DNA of 64,000 nt from positions 320,001 to 384,000 of the forward strand of contig CBDCTZ010000005.1 of NCBI GenBank assembly GCA_965222375.1, read 5' to 3'. The notes under the pieces were generated by a model that was given only the letters and a program-made list of their open reading frames with translations, was not told where the DNA came from and made no database searches. The stretch's first letter is position 1. Every line of letters starts with the position of its first letter. The stretch comes from Polyangiaceae bacterium. Its GTDB lineage: Bacteria; Myxococcota_A; Polyangia; Polyangiales; Polyangiaceae. Positions 1 through 10,700 of this stretch are shown piece by piece. Made by a program: the position numbers and the translations under genes.

Positions 1-619
1 CCAAGCGCACCGGTCGGTCCGGGGTGACCTTGCTCTCGAAGGCGCGCGCCTCGTAGCGAATGATCGGCTTGAGCACCCACTTGATGGGAATGCCCACCTG
101 CCCCAAGAACCAAGCCGCGGCTGGGGCAGCCTTGCCCGCGTCTTGCGCAATGCCGGTGCCGGAGCGTCGGGGCGATGCGAAAGCGTTGGATTCGTAGTGC
201 GCGCGATCGATGGTCAAGATGCCGAACAGCTTCATCCGCGCGCCCACGGCAAAGGTCGCGGAGTTCTCGGTTTTTACGGTCAGCGTCGGGTAGTCTTGGG
301 GCTTCCACCCCCGGTAGGCCAATGCAACGTACGGGTCGAGCTGGAACTCCTTGACCAACACCCGGTGCGGCAAATCAGCACCGTTGTGTTTGGGTTTCTC
401 CGCCGGCTTGGTGTACGCGACCCCGCCGGATGAGGGTCGGGAGTGCTGCATCGGCTGGCGCTTCTTGCGCTTCTTGCGTTTCTTGCGCTTCTTCTTCTTC
501 TTGGGCTTCTTGTCCAAACCCTGATTGACGTGGTCCTTGACGGCGCCGCCGAGGGTCTGCCCCACGGCCGGCGTGGTCACGAAGGCAGCTGCGACGACAA
601 AGGCTAGAGCCCTTCGCAT
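1..619 (-). CDS. Secreted hypothetical protein with a polybasic tract, possibly an outer-membrane beta-barrel; runs off the left edge of the window
   Basis: Hand translation from ATG at 619: MRRALAFVVAAAFVTTPAVG (signal peptide-like), then QTLGG...KKPKKKKKRKKRKKRKKR..., open to position 1. Overlaps the DUF790 gene end by 16 nt. Not in the ORF track because its stop lies outside the window. Confidence 0.75.
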   Translation of the reverse strand, partial: MRRALAFVVAAAFVTTPAVGQTLGGAVKDHVNQGLDKKPKKKKKRKKRKKRKKRQPMQHSRPSSGGVAYTKPAEKPKHNGADLPHRVLVKEFQLDPYVALAYRGWKPQDYPTLTVKTENSATFAVGARMKLFGILTIDRAHYESNAFASPRRSGTGIAQDAGKAAPAAAWFLGQVGIPIKWVLKPIIRYEARAFESKVTPDRPVRL

Positions 620-1809
620 TTCGCGACCTGTTTGACCTTGCGCATCAGCGCGGCGGCACTCGGCGTGTTTTTGTAGACGTAGAGCGCTGCGGAATCGATG
701 TCGTCGAGCATCGCTTCACTGACCCGCAGCCGTTGCCGAACGGCGAACACAATCTTGTGTGGCAGCCCGGCTCGGGAGATCTCGATGCGCTTCCAAACCG
801 CGTCCCGACTCCAATATCCCAAGATCTCAAGATAGACGCGGTCCCCGCGCTTGTCATTCAACAGCACCAGATCCGGGACAATCGTCCCGACGCCAGGCAA
901 ATCCAGAAGCTGCTGACAGGCCTCAGCCCGAAAGCCGTGCTTCTGCTCTGACAGGGTTTCCATCAGTTTTGCAGTGTCCTCGCCCAGCTGTGGAGCCTCC
1001 TCGACCGGGCTGCCCTCCCAGGAATAACGAAAGGTCAGCGGGTCGCGACTACGCCCCCAACGAATGTCCGCGGTCAGCTCGAGCTGGCCACACTGTCTGA
1101 GCGCGGGAAGCGACAGGGCCAGCGCCAATCCGTAGCGCGTAACGGACTCGAAGATCGAAAACGGACCGTCAATGCTGATGCGATAGCCGGACTCCACGCG
1201 GTCAATGCGATGCAGCAGACGGCGAAACTTCAGGGTTCGGAACAAGGCGCGGTAGGCCTCGGGCCCTGCTCCGGAAACCGTCGCGACAACTCGCGTAGCG
1301 CGCAGCAGCACGGCCTGCGCTGACTGCAGCTCGTAGCGTTCAACCAGGTCGTCCGGCCGCGTCGACGGCACTGAGATGATGCGCTGCTCGCTGCGTAGGT
1401 CGGCGAATAGATCCTGCTCCAGCGCCTCTCGGGTGCTATCTCGTGCGCTCGCCGCCTGCTCCAGCACGGCTGCCCGGTCGAAGACCACCTCCGACTGGCG
1501 CGCCTTTGCCGCGCGAGTCCAGAGTTCGCGACGCAGGCTGGCCGCCTGGGCGGCGTCGGGCTCCTCGAAGGTGGTTTCATCCAGCAGCAGCTTCTTCAGA
1601 CCTTCGATGAGCTTTCGCTCCCGGGCCGGCCCCTGGATCTCTGCCAAGGCCTCGACCAGCTGTCCCCGGCGTTGCCCCGCCATGCCCTGGGCTGCGTCGA
1701 GCACGGCCGCAGCGATCTCCGTAGCGCGCACGCGCTCCTTGCCCTTGAGCACGACACAAGACAGCTGCATGCCCTTGCGGCGGACGTGAGCGTGCGCGGG
1801 CGTCAGCAC
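604..1809 (-). CDS. DUF790 family protein (Bax1-like PD-(D/E)xK nuclease)
   Basis: MLT..H N-terminus, LFADLRSEQ, IDGPFSIFESVTRYGLALA, and the nuclease-like motif IVPDL...YLEILGYW. Lies directly downstream of an XPB-like helicase. Confidence 0.85.
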   Translation of the reverse strand: MLTPAHAHVRRKGMQLSCVVLKGKERVRATEIAAAVLDAAQGMAGQRRGQLVEALAEIQGPARERKLIEGLKKLLLDETTFEEPDAAQAASLRRELWTRAAKARQSEVVFDRAAVLEQAASARDSTREALEQDLFADLRSEQRIISVPSTRPDDLVERYELQSAQAVLLRATRVVATVSGAGPEAYRALFRTLKFRRLLHRIDRVESGYRISIDGPFSIFESVTRYGLALALSLPALRQCGQLELTADIRWGRSRDPLTFRYSWEGSPVEEAPQLGEDTAKLMETLSEQKHGFRAEACQQLLDLPGVGTIVPDLVLLNDKRGDRVYLEILGYWSRDAVWKRIEISRAGLPHKIVFAVRQRLRVSEAMLDDIDSAALYVYKNTPSAAALMRKVKQVAKCEGL

Positions 1810-1821
1810 GATCGCCCTGCC

Positions 1822-3189
1822 TCAGCTTCGATACGCAACATGGGCGCGGCGCCGCTCGCTGGTTCGGGTTTCGCCGGTGCTACGCGTCACCACTTCGTAG
1901 AGTACGGCCTGCTTGTCTCCTTTTGGCCGCAAGATGCGACCCAGGCGCTGCACGTGCTCTCGCACCGAGCCGCTGCCGGATAGCACCACGGCCACACTGG
2001 CGTCCGGCACATCGACCCCCTCGTTGAGGACCTTGGAAGTGACCAGCGCCGAGTACCCACCGCTCGAGAATTCCTGCAGTATTTCGCTGCGTTCACGCAC
2101 TTTGGTTTGATGCGTGATCACAGGAATCAAAAAGCGGCGGCTGACTGCATACGCGGTTCGATTGTCTTGAGTGAAGATCAGAGCCTTGTCGGAACGGTGT
2201 TCGTGAAGAAGCTCGCTGAGCACGTCGAGCTTGCGCGGGGCGGCAAAGGCGATCTCGCGTTGACGCCGATACGCCTCGAGGGCGCGGCGGCCTTGGGAAC
2301 TACGGCTCGCGCGCATGATGAACGTCGAGAACCCCTTGGGTGAACTCATGGAGATACCCTGACTGCGCACAAAAGCTGTGTAGATACCGCGTTCGTGTTC
2401 GTAATCTTCCCTTTCCGCACTCGAAAGATCCACTTCAATGCGTTCGGTTCCATAGTCCGCAAGGTAGCGGCCACTGAGTTCGACGATCTGTTTTTCGAAA
2501 ACGGTTTCTCCAATCAACGATTCGAGCTCGCGTTCCAAACCATCAGCGCGCTCGGGCGTTGCACTCAGCCCGAGGCGAAAGGGTGCCAGGCACTGCTCCG
2601 CGGCGAGGCGGTACGAGGCGCCTGGCAGGTGGTGGCATTCGTCGAAGATCACCAAACCGAAGCGCGAGCCCAAATGCTCCATGTGCAGATAGGCAGAATC
2701 GTAAGTCGTGACCGTCAGCGGCCGGACGTCGTGTTCCCCGCCCCCTACGATGCCCACTTCGGTATCGAAAGTATGCCGGAGCAGGTCGTACCACTGGCGC
2801 ACCAGGTCCAGGGTGGGCACGACCACCAGGCTGCTGCGCTTCTTGTCGACAATGGCCATGACCGCCACGTGGGATTTGCCCGCACCAGTCGGCAGCACGA
2901 CCACGCCTCGACCAAGCGCGGCGTTCCATGCCTCGACAGATTGACGCTGGTAGGGACGCGGTTTTCGATGCACGCAAGGGCGCAGCTCGAGGGTCTGATA
3001 GGCCCGTGCGCGGTCTTCCACATCCGCGCCCGCGTCCCGCAGGGCCAGGACGATGCTGGCGTAGTCGCATGCCCGCGCGCGGTGGCAGCCGCTGCGGCTG
3101 TCCCAAGTCACCGTGTGCGGGCAAGTAGGATCCTCCCGTGACAGTCCACGGACTTCCAACGTGCCCTGAGCGAAGCTCAAGGTGACCAT
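1822..3189 (-). CDS. XPB/Rad25-like SF2 DNA helicase
   Basis: PRPYQ (Q motif), LPTGAGKS (Walker A), DECH, SAT, LNEGVDVP, QRLGRILR. SD-like AGAGGAG precedes the ATG. Confidence 0.9.
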   Translation of the reverse strand: MVTLSFAQGTLEVRGLSREDPTCPHTVTWDSRSGCHRARACDYASIVLALRDAGADVEDRARAYQTLELRPCVHRKPRPYQRQSVEAWNAALGRGVVVLPTGAGKSHVAVMAIVDKKRSSLVVVPTLDLVRQWYDLLRHTFDTEVGIVGGGEHDVRPLTVTTYDSAYLHMEHLGSRFGLVIFDECHHLPGASYRLAAEQCLAPFRLGLSATPERADGLERELESLIGETVFEKQIVELSGRYLADYGTERIEVDLSSAEREDYEHERGIYTAFVRSQGISMSSPKGFSTFIMRASRSSQGRRALEAYRRQREIAFAAPRKLDVLSELLHEHRSDKALIFTQDNRTAYAVSRRFLIPVITHQTKVRERSEILQEFSSGGYSALVTSKVLNEGVDVPDASVAVVLSGSGSVREHVQRLGRILRPKGDKQAVLYEVVTRSTGETRTSERRRAHVAYRS

Positions 3190-3312
3190 AGACTCCTCTT
3201 AGCGCACCCCTGCGCCCTGGATCCACCAACCGCGGCCTGGAGCGCGGGCAAAGCCGCGGGATCCCCAGCAGGGCATTGGGAATGGGCGGCCGCTATGGCT
3301 AGACTGGTGACA

Positions 3313-4353
3313 ATGAGCGCCAAGCCGGACTTTCGCCATATCGAAAGCTGCCTTGCCGTCACGGACGACGTGATCCAGGAAGCCCTCGCCGCCGCGCGAA
3401 GCATGGCGGAACCCACCCCGCGGATGAAGTGCTTGGCGCTGATCGAGCGTATGGCGGAGGTGGCAAAACCGGGTCGGGCGGCGCCCAAGATCTTGGTGGT
3501 ACTCGCCCACATGGCGCTCAAGGACTGGCTCGACGGGTTGCTTCGAGTGCGCCTGATTGGCGACCCTGAGGTCACGGTGCTGGAGCTGACCGTAGACGAC
3601 GGTTTGAGTTCGGAGCGCATCATGGGTCCTGTACGTATCGACGTGCCTTTCGATGAGTTTCGTCGCTCTTTGGAAATGCGACCCGAATTCGTGCTGCCCC
3701 TTGTCGTAGAGGGCGAGTTGGAAGAGCGACGCGTCGAACTCGCGACAGCACCTCAAAGCCGCCACAACACGGTGCCACCGGCCATGAGCGTCGTCGCGGA
3801 GAGTTTGATCCCCATGGTCGGCGAGCAAGGCCGCGAGTTGCCACCAATCGTCTCGCGGATCCCCGAATCCCTCCCCAAAGACACTCCTCCTCAGAAGCCC
3901 GCCAAGGAACCCGCCGTCAAGCAGCCAGGTACCCCCCAGCCACCGCCGCGGCGCCAGCCCCGGCAAGAAGGGGTGGCAAGACTGCAACCCGGCGCCAGGC
4001 GACCGCCACCGCCTCGTCGTGCGCCACTACCTCCGCCGCGCATGCCGACGCCCGCTCCGCTAAGGCCCGCAAAAGCGCCTGCCGCCGAAACCGCTGTGGC
4101 TGCTCAGCCTGAACGCCAGGTCGAGTCGCAGCCGGGGTCGGTGATCGCTCCGCCGGAGGAGCCCACGCCGAAACCGGAGCTCGTGATCGCGCCGCCGGAA
4201 GCGCCCGAGCCGGCGGTCCCCGAGCCATCGGCCCCGAGGGCTTCAGAACCCACGCCGACAGGCCAACCGGGGGAGCCTCAGCGCCGCTTCAAGCCCGTGA
4301 GCCTACCGCCCCATATGAAAGAAGCGCTGTCCTCGATCAAAAAGAAGAGCTGA
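3313..4353 (+). CDS. Hypothetical protein: globular N-terminal domain plus long Pro-rich tail
   Basis: Long ORF divergent from the helicase gene. Start placed at ATG 3313, 7 nt after TAGACT. Confidence 0.7.
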   Translation: MSAKPDFRHIESCLAVTDDVIQEALAAARSMAEPTPRMKCLALIERMAEVAKPGRAAPKILVVLAHMALKDWLDGLLRVRLIGDPEVTVLELTVDDGLSSERIMGPVRIDVPFDEFRRSLEMRPEFVLPLVVEGELEERRVELATAPQSRHNTVPPAMSVVAESLIPMVGEQGRELPPIVSRIPESLPKDTPPQKPAKEPAVKQPGTPQPPPRRQPRQEGVARLQPGARRPPPPRRAPLPPPRMPTPAPLRPAKAPAAETAVAAQPERQVESQPGSVIAPPEEPTPKPELVIAPPEAPEPAVPEPSAPRASEPTPTGQPGEPQRRFKPVSLPPHMKEALSSIKKKS

Positions 4354-4359
4354 AGCCTC

Positions 4360-5025
4360 TCAGCGGAACAGCGTTCCCACATCGCGTTCGGTCTCGTCGG
4401 AGAAAAACTCGATGGGCAGATGCCAGACCAGCTCACCCAACCACAGGCCGCGGCGGTGCCGCATGCGGATAAGGCTCGCGGTGCAGTTGCCGAAGCGCAG
4501 AATCGCGACTCGTGGCACGGGCACGCAGATCAGGTGTTTGGCCAGCTGGAACAGCAGTCCACCATGGCTGACGAGCAGTACGCGATCCCCATCGGCAGTG
4601 TGCCGCTCAAAGAGACGTTTCGTGAGTCGCTCGACCCGCCGCTGCATGTCGTCATAGCTCTCGCCACCGTATTCGGAAAAGTCACCGAGCCCCTCCAAGC
4701 CCCGTTGCATGAAGTCGGGGTGGCGCTCGACTATTTCGGAGCGGTTGAGTCCTTCCAGACTACCGGCGGTGATTTCCCTGAGCTCCGCGTCGACCTCCGC
4801 CGGATCGCGCTCCAGGCCGTCGGTGATGATCTTGGCGGTCTGCTTGGCTCGGGATAGCGGGGAAGTGTACGCGGCGGTCCAGCTCAGCTCACGTTGCTGA
4901 AACACCTTCGCGAGCTGCGCTGCCTGTTTCCGCCCGCGGCTGGAAAGCGGGTACTCGCGATGGCCTTGCATGCGGCCCTCCCGATTCCCTTCACTTTCGC
5001 CATGACGGACGAGCAACAGCTCCAT
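4360..5025 (-). CDS. Histidine phosphatase (phosphoglycerate mutase-like) family protein
   Basis: LLVRHGES, SPLSRAKQTA, LREI, GGES, LVSHGG motifs. Start at MELLLVRH. Confidence 0.9.
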   Translation of the reverse strand: MELLLVRHGESEGNREGRMQGHREYPLSSRGRKQAAQLAKVFQQRELSWTAAYTSPLSRAKQTAKIITDGLERDPAEVDAELREITAGSLEGLNRSEIVERHPDFMQRGLEGLGDFSEYGGESYDDMQRRVERLTKRLFERHTADGDRVLLVSHGGLLFQLAKHLICVPVPRVAILRFGNCTASLIRMRHRRGLWLGELVWHLPIEFFSDETERDVGTLFR

Positions 5026-5041
5026 GATCGACCTGCGCGCC

Positions 5042-5821
5042 TCAACGAGCTTCTGCGTGCTGCTCCGGGTCGACCTCGTAGGCAGCAGCTTTGCCCTGAC
5101 AGATGAAGCCCTTGCCGCGACGGGCGCAGGACAGCTCCGCCACATCGCTGGCGCCGAAGCGCCCGGCTGCAACCAATACCGCGTTTTCTGCGCCGGCGCG
5201 ACTGCAGCCAGCGCTGCACTCGGTGGTGATGGCGCCCAACTGTTGATGGCTCACCGGCACGGTCGGCACCTGCCGCACATAGTCGACACGCCGCGGTGGC
5301 CGGCGCGCAGCGCGGGAGTTTTCGGCGAAACGCACGACGATCCTCCAACCCTCGCGGGCACTCGGCGCGGCGTCCGCGACCTGTGTTCTAGGCCGCAACG
5401 GGCGCGATGCAAGCGTCGAGTCATCGGGGCGTGCAACGGCAGCGGAGCACGTGACCGAGTACACTGCAAAGTCATCACTCTCCCGTTCGACCCGAGATCG
5501 GCAGCGCCGAGCGACGAGCAACTCGCCGCCGACTTCCGCGGCGCGCTCCCGGATGGCGCGAGTGAGCAGTTCCCCACCGCAATCCACATCTGAAAGCTTC
5601 GCCCCATCTGGAGGCAACTTACCCTCGTATCGAGTGCAGTGTGCCCGAACTTCACCTAGGCGGACGTAGCCGGTTGGTAGCGCGCTGATATCCCGCACTT
5701 GCTGCGCCGAAACCAGCGACGGTCGAGCATGCCCATCGAAATGTGCCCCAAGGCTGCTGCTGCCACAGCCCGCGACGAAACCAACCAATCCAAGGACGAG
5801 AAAAAGCAGCCGGCGCGACAT
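5042..5821 (-). CDS. Lipoprotein with two tandem Cys-containing RcsF/YbjQ/DUF4156-like domains
   Basis: Lipobox VAGC. Two similar units: LGEVRAHC...RERAAEVGG..RC and LGAITTEC...AAGRFGA..SC. Confidence 0.7.
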   Translation of the reverse strand: MSRRLLFLVLGLVGFVAGCGSSSLGAHFDGHARPSLVSAQQVRDISALPTGYVRLGEVRAHCTRYEGKLPPDGAKLSDVDCGGELLTRAIRERAAEVGGELLVARRCRSRVERESDDFAVYSVTCSAAVARPDDSTLASRPLRPRTQVADAAPSAREGWRIVVRFAENSRAARRPPRRVDYVRQVPTVPVSHQQLGAITTECSAGCSRAGAENAVLVAAGRFGASDVAELSCARRGKGFICQGKAAAYEVDPEQHAEAR

Positions 5822-5966
5822 GCCTGAGCATCAATCAAAGCAAAGCCCCCCGCAAGCCTAGACTGTTCGGTGCTGAATTACCGTATCGTGCCACGCGCTG
5901 CGGTTGCTTTCGTGCAGGGATCGATTTATGGGGCGACAGTAAGAGATACTTTTCCGCGACCCTGCC

Positions 5967-7703
5967 ATGAACAATCTCGGTAAGTGCTTCATCCTACTCG
6001 CGGCCTTGCTCTACGCATCCCCGAGCTTCGCTCAAAGCGACGGATTTTCCCTAAATCGCTTCGACCCATCTGAGCGCGGCAGCGACTGGTTTTCCGTCGA
6101 ATCCTTGGATCTGCGAGGGCACGCCCGACCTGCCCTCGGCGTCGTCTTCGACTACGCCCACAAGCCTCTGGTCTACTACAACCGACAGACGGGGGATGAA
6201 GAGTTCGTCTTGGTTCGCAACCAGCTCTTCGCTCATCTCGGCGGCAATGTCGTGCTCTGGGAGCGCCTACGCTTGGGCGCGAACTTGCCCATCACGTTGA
6301 TGAACAACGGAGATACCCTGGAGCTCCGCGGCGGCGGGACCTTCGAGACCTCTCACGGCGCAGGCGTCGGTGACTTGCGCCTCGGCGCAGACCTTCGCCT
6401 GCTGGGACAGTACCGTTCACCCTTTTCCCTGGCAGTCGGGCTCCAGGCGCATCTACCCACCGGAAAGCAAGAAGCGTTTACAGGTGACGGCAAGGTGCGC
6501 ATCGTGGTGCCGCGGCTGCTTGCAGCCGGCGATATCAGTAAGTTCGCATACGCCGTGCGCATCGGGTTCAACTACCGAGCTCAACAAGAGAACTTCGACG
6601 GCGAAGCTTTCGGCAGCGAAATGACCTTCGGCGCCGCCGCTGGCGTGCGCCTCGTCGAAGACAAATTGCTGTTGGGCCCGGAAATCTACGGCTCCACGGT
6701 GGTGAGCGACGGCGGAGACGGCGCTTTCGATCGCAAGACCACCCCATTGGAGGTCGTGTTCGGTGGACACTATACCCTGGCCGAAGACTGGAAGCTGGGC
6801 GCGGGGGTCGGTCCGGGATTGACCCGTGGTTATGGCTCCCCCGAACTCCGAGTACTAGCCAGCATCGAATACTTCCCTGGCGTAAAAGAGGACGCGGCAC
6901 CGAAACCATCCGACCGGGATGAGGACGGGATCCTGGACGCCGACGACGCGTGCCCGGACATACCCGGAGTGGCGACGAATGACCCCAAGACCAACGGCTG
7001 CCCGCCGCCCAGCGATCGGGACGGCGATGGCATCCTAGACGATGTGGACGCCTGCCCGGATGAGAAGGGCGCCGCGAGCGAAGATCCGAAGAAGCACGGT
7101 TGTCCTCTGCCGGGGGATCGGGATGGCGACGGCGTGATCGATGAGGTCGATGCCTGCCCAGACGAATCCGGCGTCGAAACCGGCGACCCCAAGACCAATG
7201 GTTGCCCGCCACCGAAGGACTCGGACGCCGACGGAATCATCGACCCCGAAGACGCCTGCCCGGAATTGGCCGGCCCGCCCAACGAGGATCCAAAGAAGCA
7301 CGGCTGCCCCAAGGCGAAGGTGGTCGGCAAGAAGATCGAGATCCTCGAGCGCGTCGAGTTTGACACCAACAAGGCGACGATTCGTCCAGAGAGTGACGGC
7401 GTGCTCCAGGCCGTGCTCGACGTCCTCAACAAGTACCCGAACATCAAGAAAGTACGGGTAGTAGGCCACACGGACAATCGCGGCGGTGCGGGCTACAATC
7501 TAGCCCTGAGCCGGCGTCGGGCCGCCTCAGTCGTCAAATGGCTCACCAGCAAGGGCGTGGACGAATCACGCCTCACGAGCCAAGGCCTCGGTCAAACCAA
7601 ACCCATCGACACCAATAACACCGCCGAGGGGCGCCAGAACAACCGGCGCGTCGAGTTCAACATTGTCAAGATCGAGGGCGACCTCGAGGTGAAAACGAAA
7701 TGA
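5967..7703 (+). CDS. OmpA-family outer-membrane protein (beta-barrel + TSP3 Ca-binding repeats + OmpA C-terminal domain), TraB-like architecture
   Basis: Signal peptide ending SFA, amphipathic beta-strands, four DxDGDG(I/V)xDxxDACP...GCP repeats, then GHTD, LSRRRA and NRRVEF OmpA motifs. Confidence 0.9.
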   Translation: MNNLGKCFILLAALLYASPSFAQSDGFSLNRFDPSERGSDWFSVESLDLRGHARPALGVVFDYAHKPLVYYNRQTGDEEFVLVRNQLFAHLGGNVVLWERLRLGANLPITLMNNGDTLELRGGGTFETSHGAGVGDLRLGADLRLLGQYRSPFSLAVGLQAHLPTGKQEAFTGDGKVRIVVPRLLAAGDISKFAYAVRIGFNYRAQQENFDGEAFGSEMTFGAAAGVRLVEDKLLLGPEIYGSTVVSDGGDGAFDRKTTPLEVVFGGHYTLAEDWKLGAGVGPGLTRGYGSPELRVLASIEYFPGVKEDAAPKPSDRDEDGILDADDACPDIPGVATNDPKTNGCPPPSDRDGDGILDDVDACPDEKGAASEDPKKHGCPLPGDRDGDGVIDEVDACPDESGVETGDPKTNGCPPPKDSDADGIIDPEDACPELAGPPNEDPKKHGCPKAKVVGKKIEILERVEFDTNKATIRPESDGVLQAVLDVLNKYPNIKKVRVVGHTDNRGGAGYNLALSRRRAASVVKWLTSKGVDESRLTSQGLGQTKPIDTNNTAEGRQNNRRVEFNIVKIEGDLEVKTK

Positions 7704-10700
7704 GCGGCTTGATGAAAACCAGCGAAAAGAATGTGCGCGCGTCCATGCGCCGTCCCGGGCGCATGACCCGCCTCGTATCCACTTTGCTGTGCGGAACCGG
7801 ACTGCTCAGCCTGGGTTGCTCGTCGGTCGGCGAAGAAGAGAAGGCCCCACCGGAGCCCATCGCCAAGAAAGCGCAGCTGCTCCCGGGCGAAGACGGCAGC
7901 GTCACCGTCACGGCCGCGAATACCGTGCTGAACCAATACGCGGCGCTGGCAAGCAACGTCGCCGCTGGTGCCACCTCCCTGACCGTCACCAACGCAGCCG
8001 ACCTCGATAGCACCACATTCGGGCCCCTGGCAGCCGGTGACTTGCTGATGGTCGTACAGATGCGCGGCGCCAGCATCAATACCACCAACACGGTCAACTA
8101 CGGCAGCGTTACCGCCTTGAACAACGCGGGCAACTACGAGTACGTCGGCGTACAGAGCGTCGCGGGCAATGTGATCACTTTGGGCTGCGCAACCCAGAAC
8201 GCCTACACGGCCAGCGGCAACGTCCAAATAGTGCGCGTTCCGCAGGTGGACAACTTGACCATCGGTGCCTCGGGGTCCGTCACGGCGCCCGCCTGGGATG
8301 GCAGCCGTGGCGGCATCGTTGCCGTGCACGCGACCAACAACATCAACGTACTCGGCGGCGTGGTCGCTGACGCCCTCGGCTTCCGCGGAGGTGCCACGGA
8401 CAATTCGACGGCCAACGGTCAAACCGGCTACCGCGGCGCCGCCGCATCCTTTGGCGGAGAAAAGGGCGAGGGCATCGCCGGCTATCAGGCCGTCTACGAT
8501 GCGCTGAACGGACGCTACGGCCGCGGCGCACCTGCCAACGCGGGTGGCGGCGGCAACAACCACAACGCCGGCGGCGGCGGTGGCTCCAATGCGCGCTTCG
8601 GCGCGGCCTGGACGGGCCAGGGCGTCATGCTCGGGACCGTCACCGGAGCAGCTGCCTGGCTACTCGACCCGGGCTACATCGCGAACGGCAACGCGCTCAC
8701 TGATTCCGAAGGCGGCGGTCGCGGGGGCTACAGCTGGTCCAACAGCAACCAGGACGCACTGGTCGTCGCTCCCGGCAACAATGCCTGGGCAGGCGACAAC
8801 CGCCGCGAGGTCGGTGGGCTTGGCGGTCGACCCCTCGACCCTGCTGCCAACGGCCGGCTCTATCTCGGCGGCGGCGGCGGCGCCGGAGACGGCAACAACG
8901 GCGCAGCAGGTCGCGGTGGCAACGGCGGCGGCATGATCTTCATGACTGCCCTGGGCCAAATCGTCGGCACCGGCAGCATCAGCGCCGACGGTGAGCAAGG
9001 CGGCGTTTCTGCAGGCAATCCCGGCGACGCACCCGGCGGCGGCGGCGGCGGCGGCACTGTCGTGCTCAATGCAGCCGTGAGCTCGAGCTTGACCATCAGC
9101 GCCGACGGCGGCGCGGGCGGCAATCAGACCCTGTCGGCCACGAACGAGGCCGAAGGCCCCGGTGGCGGCGGTGGCGGTGGCTACGTCGCCATTCGCAGCG
9201 GCTCGCCTACTCGAACCGCTGCAGGCGCCCCAGGCGGCACATCGAATCGGCCGTCCGTCACGGAATTCCCGACCAACGGCGCAACGGCCGGCAACAATGG
9301 GCTCGCCAACGCCGTCGTGACAACAATCCCCTATTGCACCGAAGCAGCAGCGCCGGATACCTCGTTCCTGACGACCGAGCCCGACCCCACGAGCGACCCG
9401 ACCGGTGACTTCACGTTCGCGTCTACGGAAAACTTCGTGATCTATCGGTGCAGCATCGACAACGGGCCATTCTTCACCTGCCCGCAAACGTACTCCACGC
9501 CTGCACTCAGTGACGGGTCCCACAACTTGCGCGTCCGCGCCCAGGATCTCTCCGGTAACGTCGATCCAACTCCGGCCAGTTACACTTGGGTCGTCGACAC
9601 CGCGCCACCGGACACGACCATCCCGACCACCGAACCCGATCCCACCAACGATCCAACGGGTGACTTCGCCTTCGGCTCCAACGAGTCGGGTGTGACCTAC
9701 GAATGCCGGGTCGACGGCGCTGCCTTCGCGGCCTGCACCCAGACCTTCTCCACGGCCGCCCTGGCCGATGGCTCCCACACTATTGACGTGCGTGCCGTGG
9801 ACGGCGCGGGCAACGTGGACCCGACACCAGCGTCCTACACTTGGACCGTCGACACCGCGCCACCCGACACGACTATTCCGACAACCGAGCCCAATCCCAC
9901 CAACGACACCACGGGGGATTTCGCCTTCGGCTCCAACGAATCCCCGGTCACCTACGAGTGCCGCGTAGACGGCGCCGCATTCGCGGCCTGCACCCAGACC
10001 TTTTCAACCGCGCCCTTGAGCGGCGGCTCCCACACCATTGATGTTCGGGCCATAGACGCCGCTGGCAATGTCGATCCAACCCCCGCGAGCTACACCTGGG
10101 TGGTCGCCACCGCGGCTCCGGACACGACGATCATCACGTCGGAGCCCGACCCGACAAACGATCCCACCGGCGACTTCGCCTTCGGTTCAGACCAGTCCCC
10201 GGTCACCTATCAGTGCAGCATCAACGGAGGCACTTTCACGGACTGCCCCCAAACTTATTCGACGCCAGCACTACCCGACGGCTCCTACACCATCGCGGTG
10301 CGGGCGCGCAACTCCGTGGGCGTCCTGGATCCGACTCCAGCAACCTACACCTGGACCGTGGACACGGCCCCACCGGACACGAACTTCGTGACCACGGAGC
10401 CCAACCCGACCACGGACCCGACCGGAGATTTCGCTTTTGGCTCCAACGAGTCCCCGGTGACCTACGAATGCAGCATCGACGGCGGCACCTTCACTGCGTG
10501 CACTCAGACTTTCTCCACCCCGGCCCTCGCCGCGGGCTCGCATACCATTTCCGTGCGCGCCACCGACGCCGCGGGCAACGTGGACCCAACTCCGGCGACC
10601 TACACCTGGACAGTCACTGCCGCCCCGACCGACACAGACGGCGACGGCCTGCCGGACACTGAAGAAACCACGATCGGCACGGATCCCAACGACGCGGACA

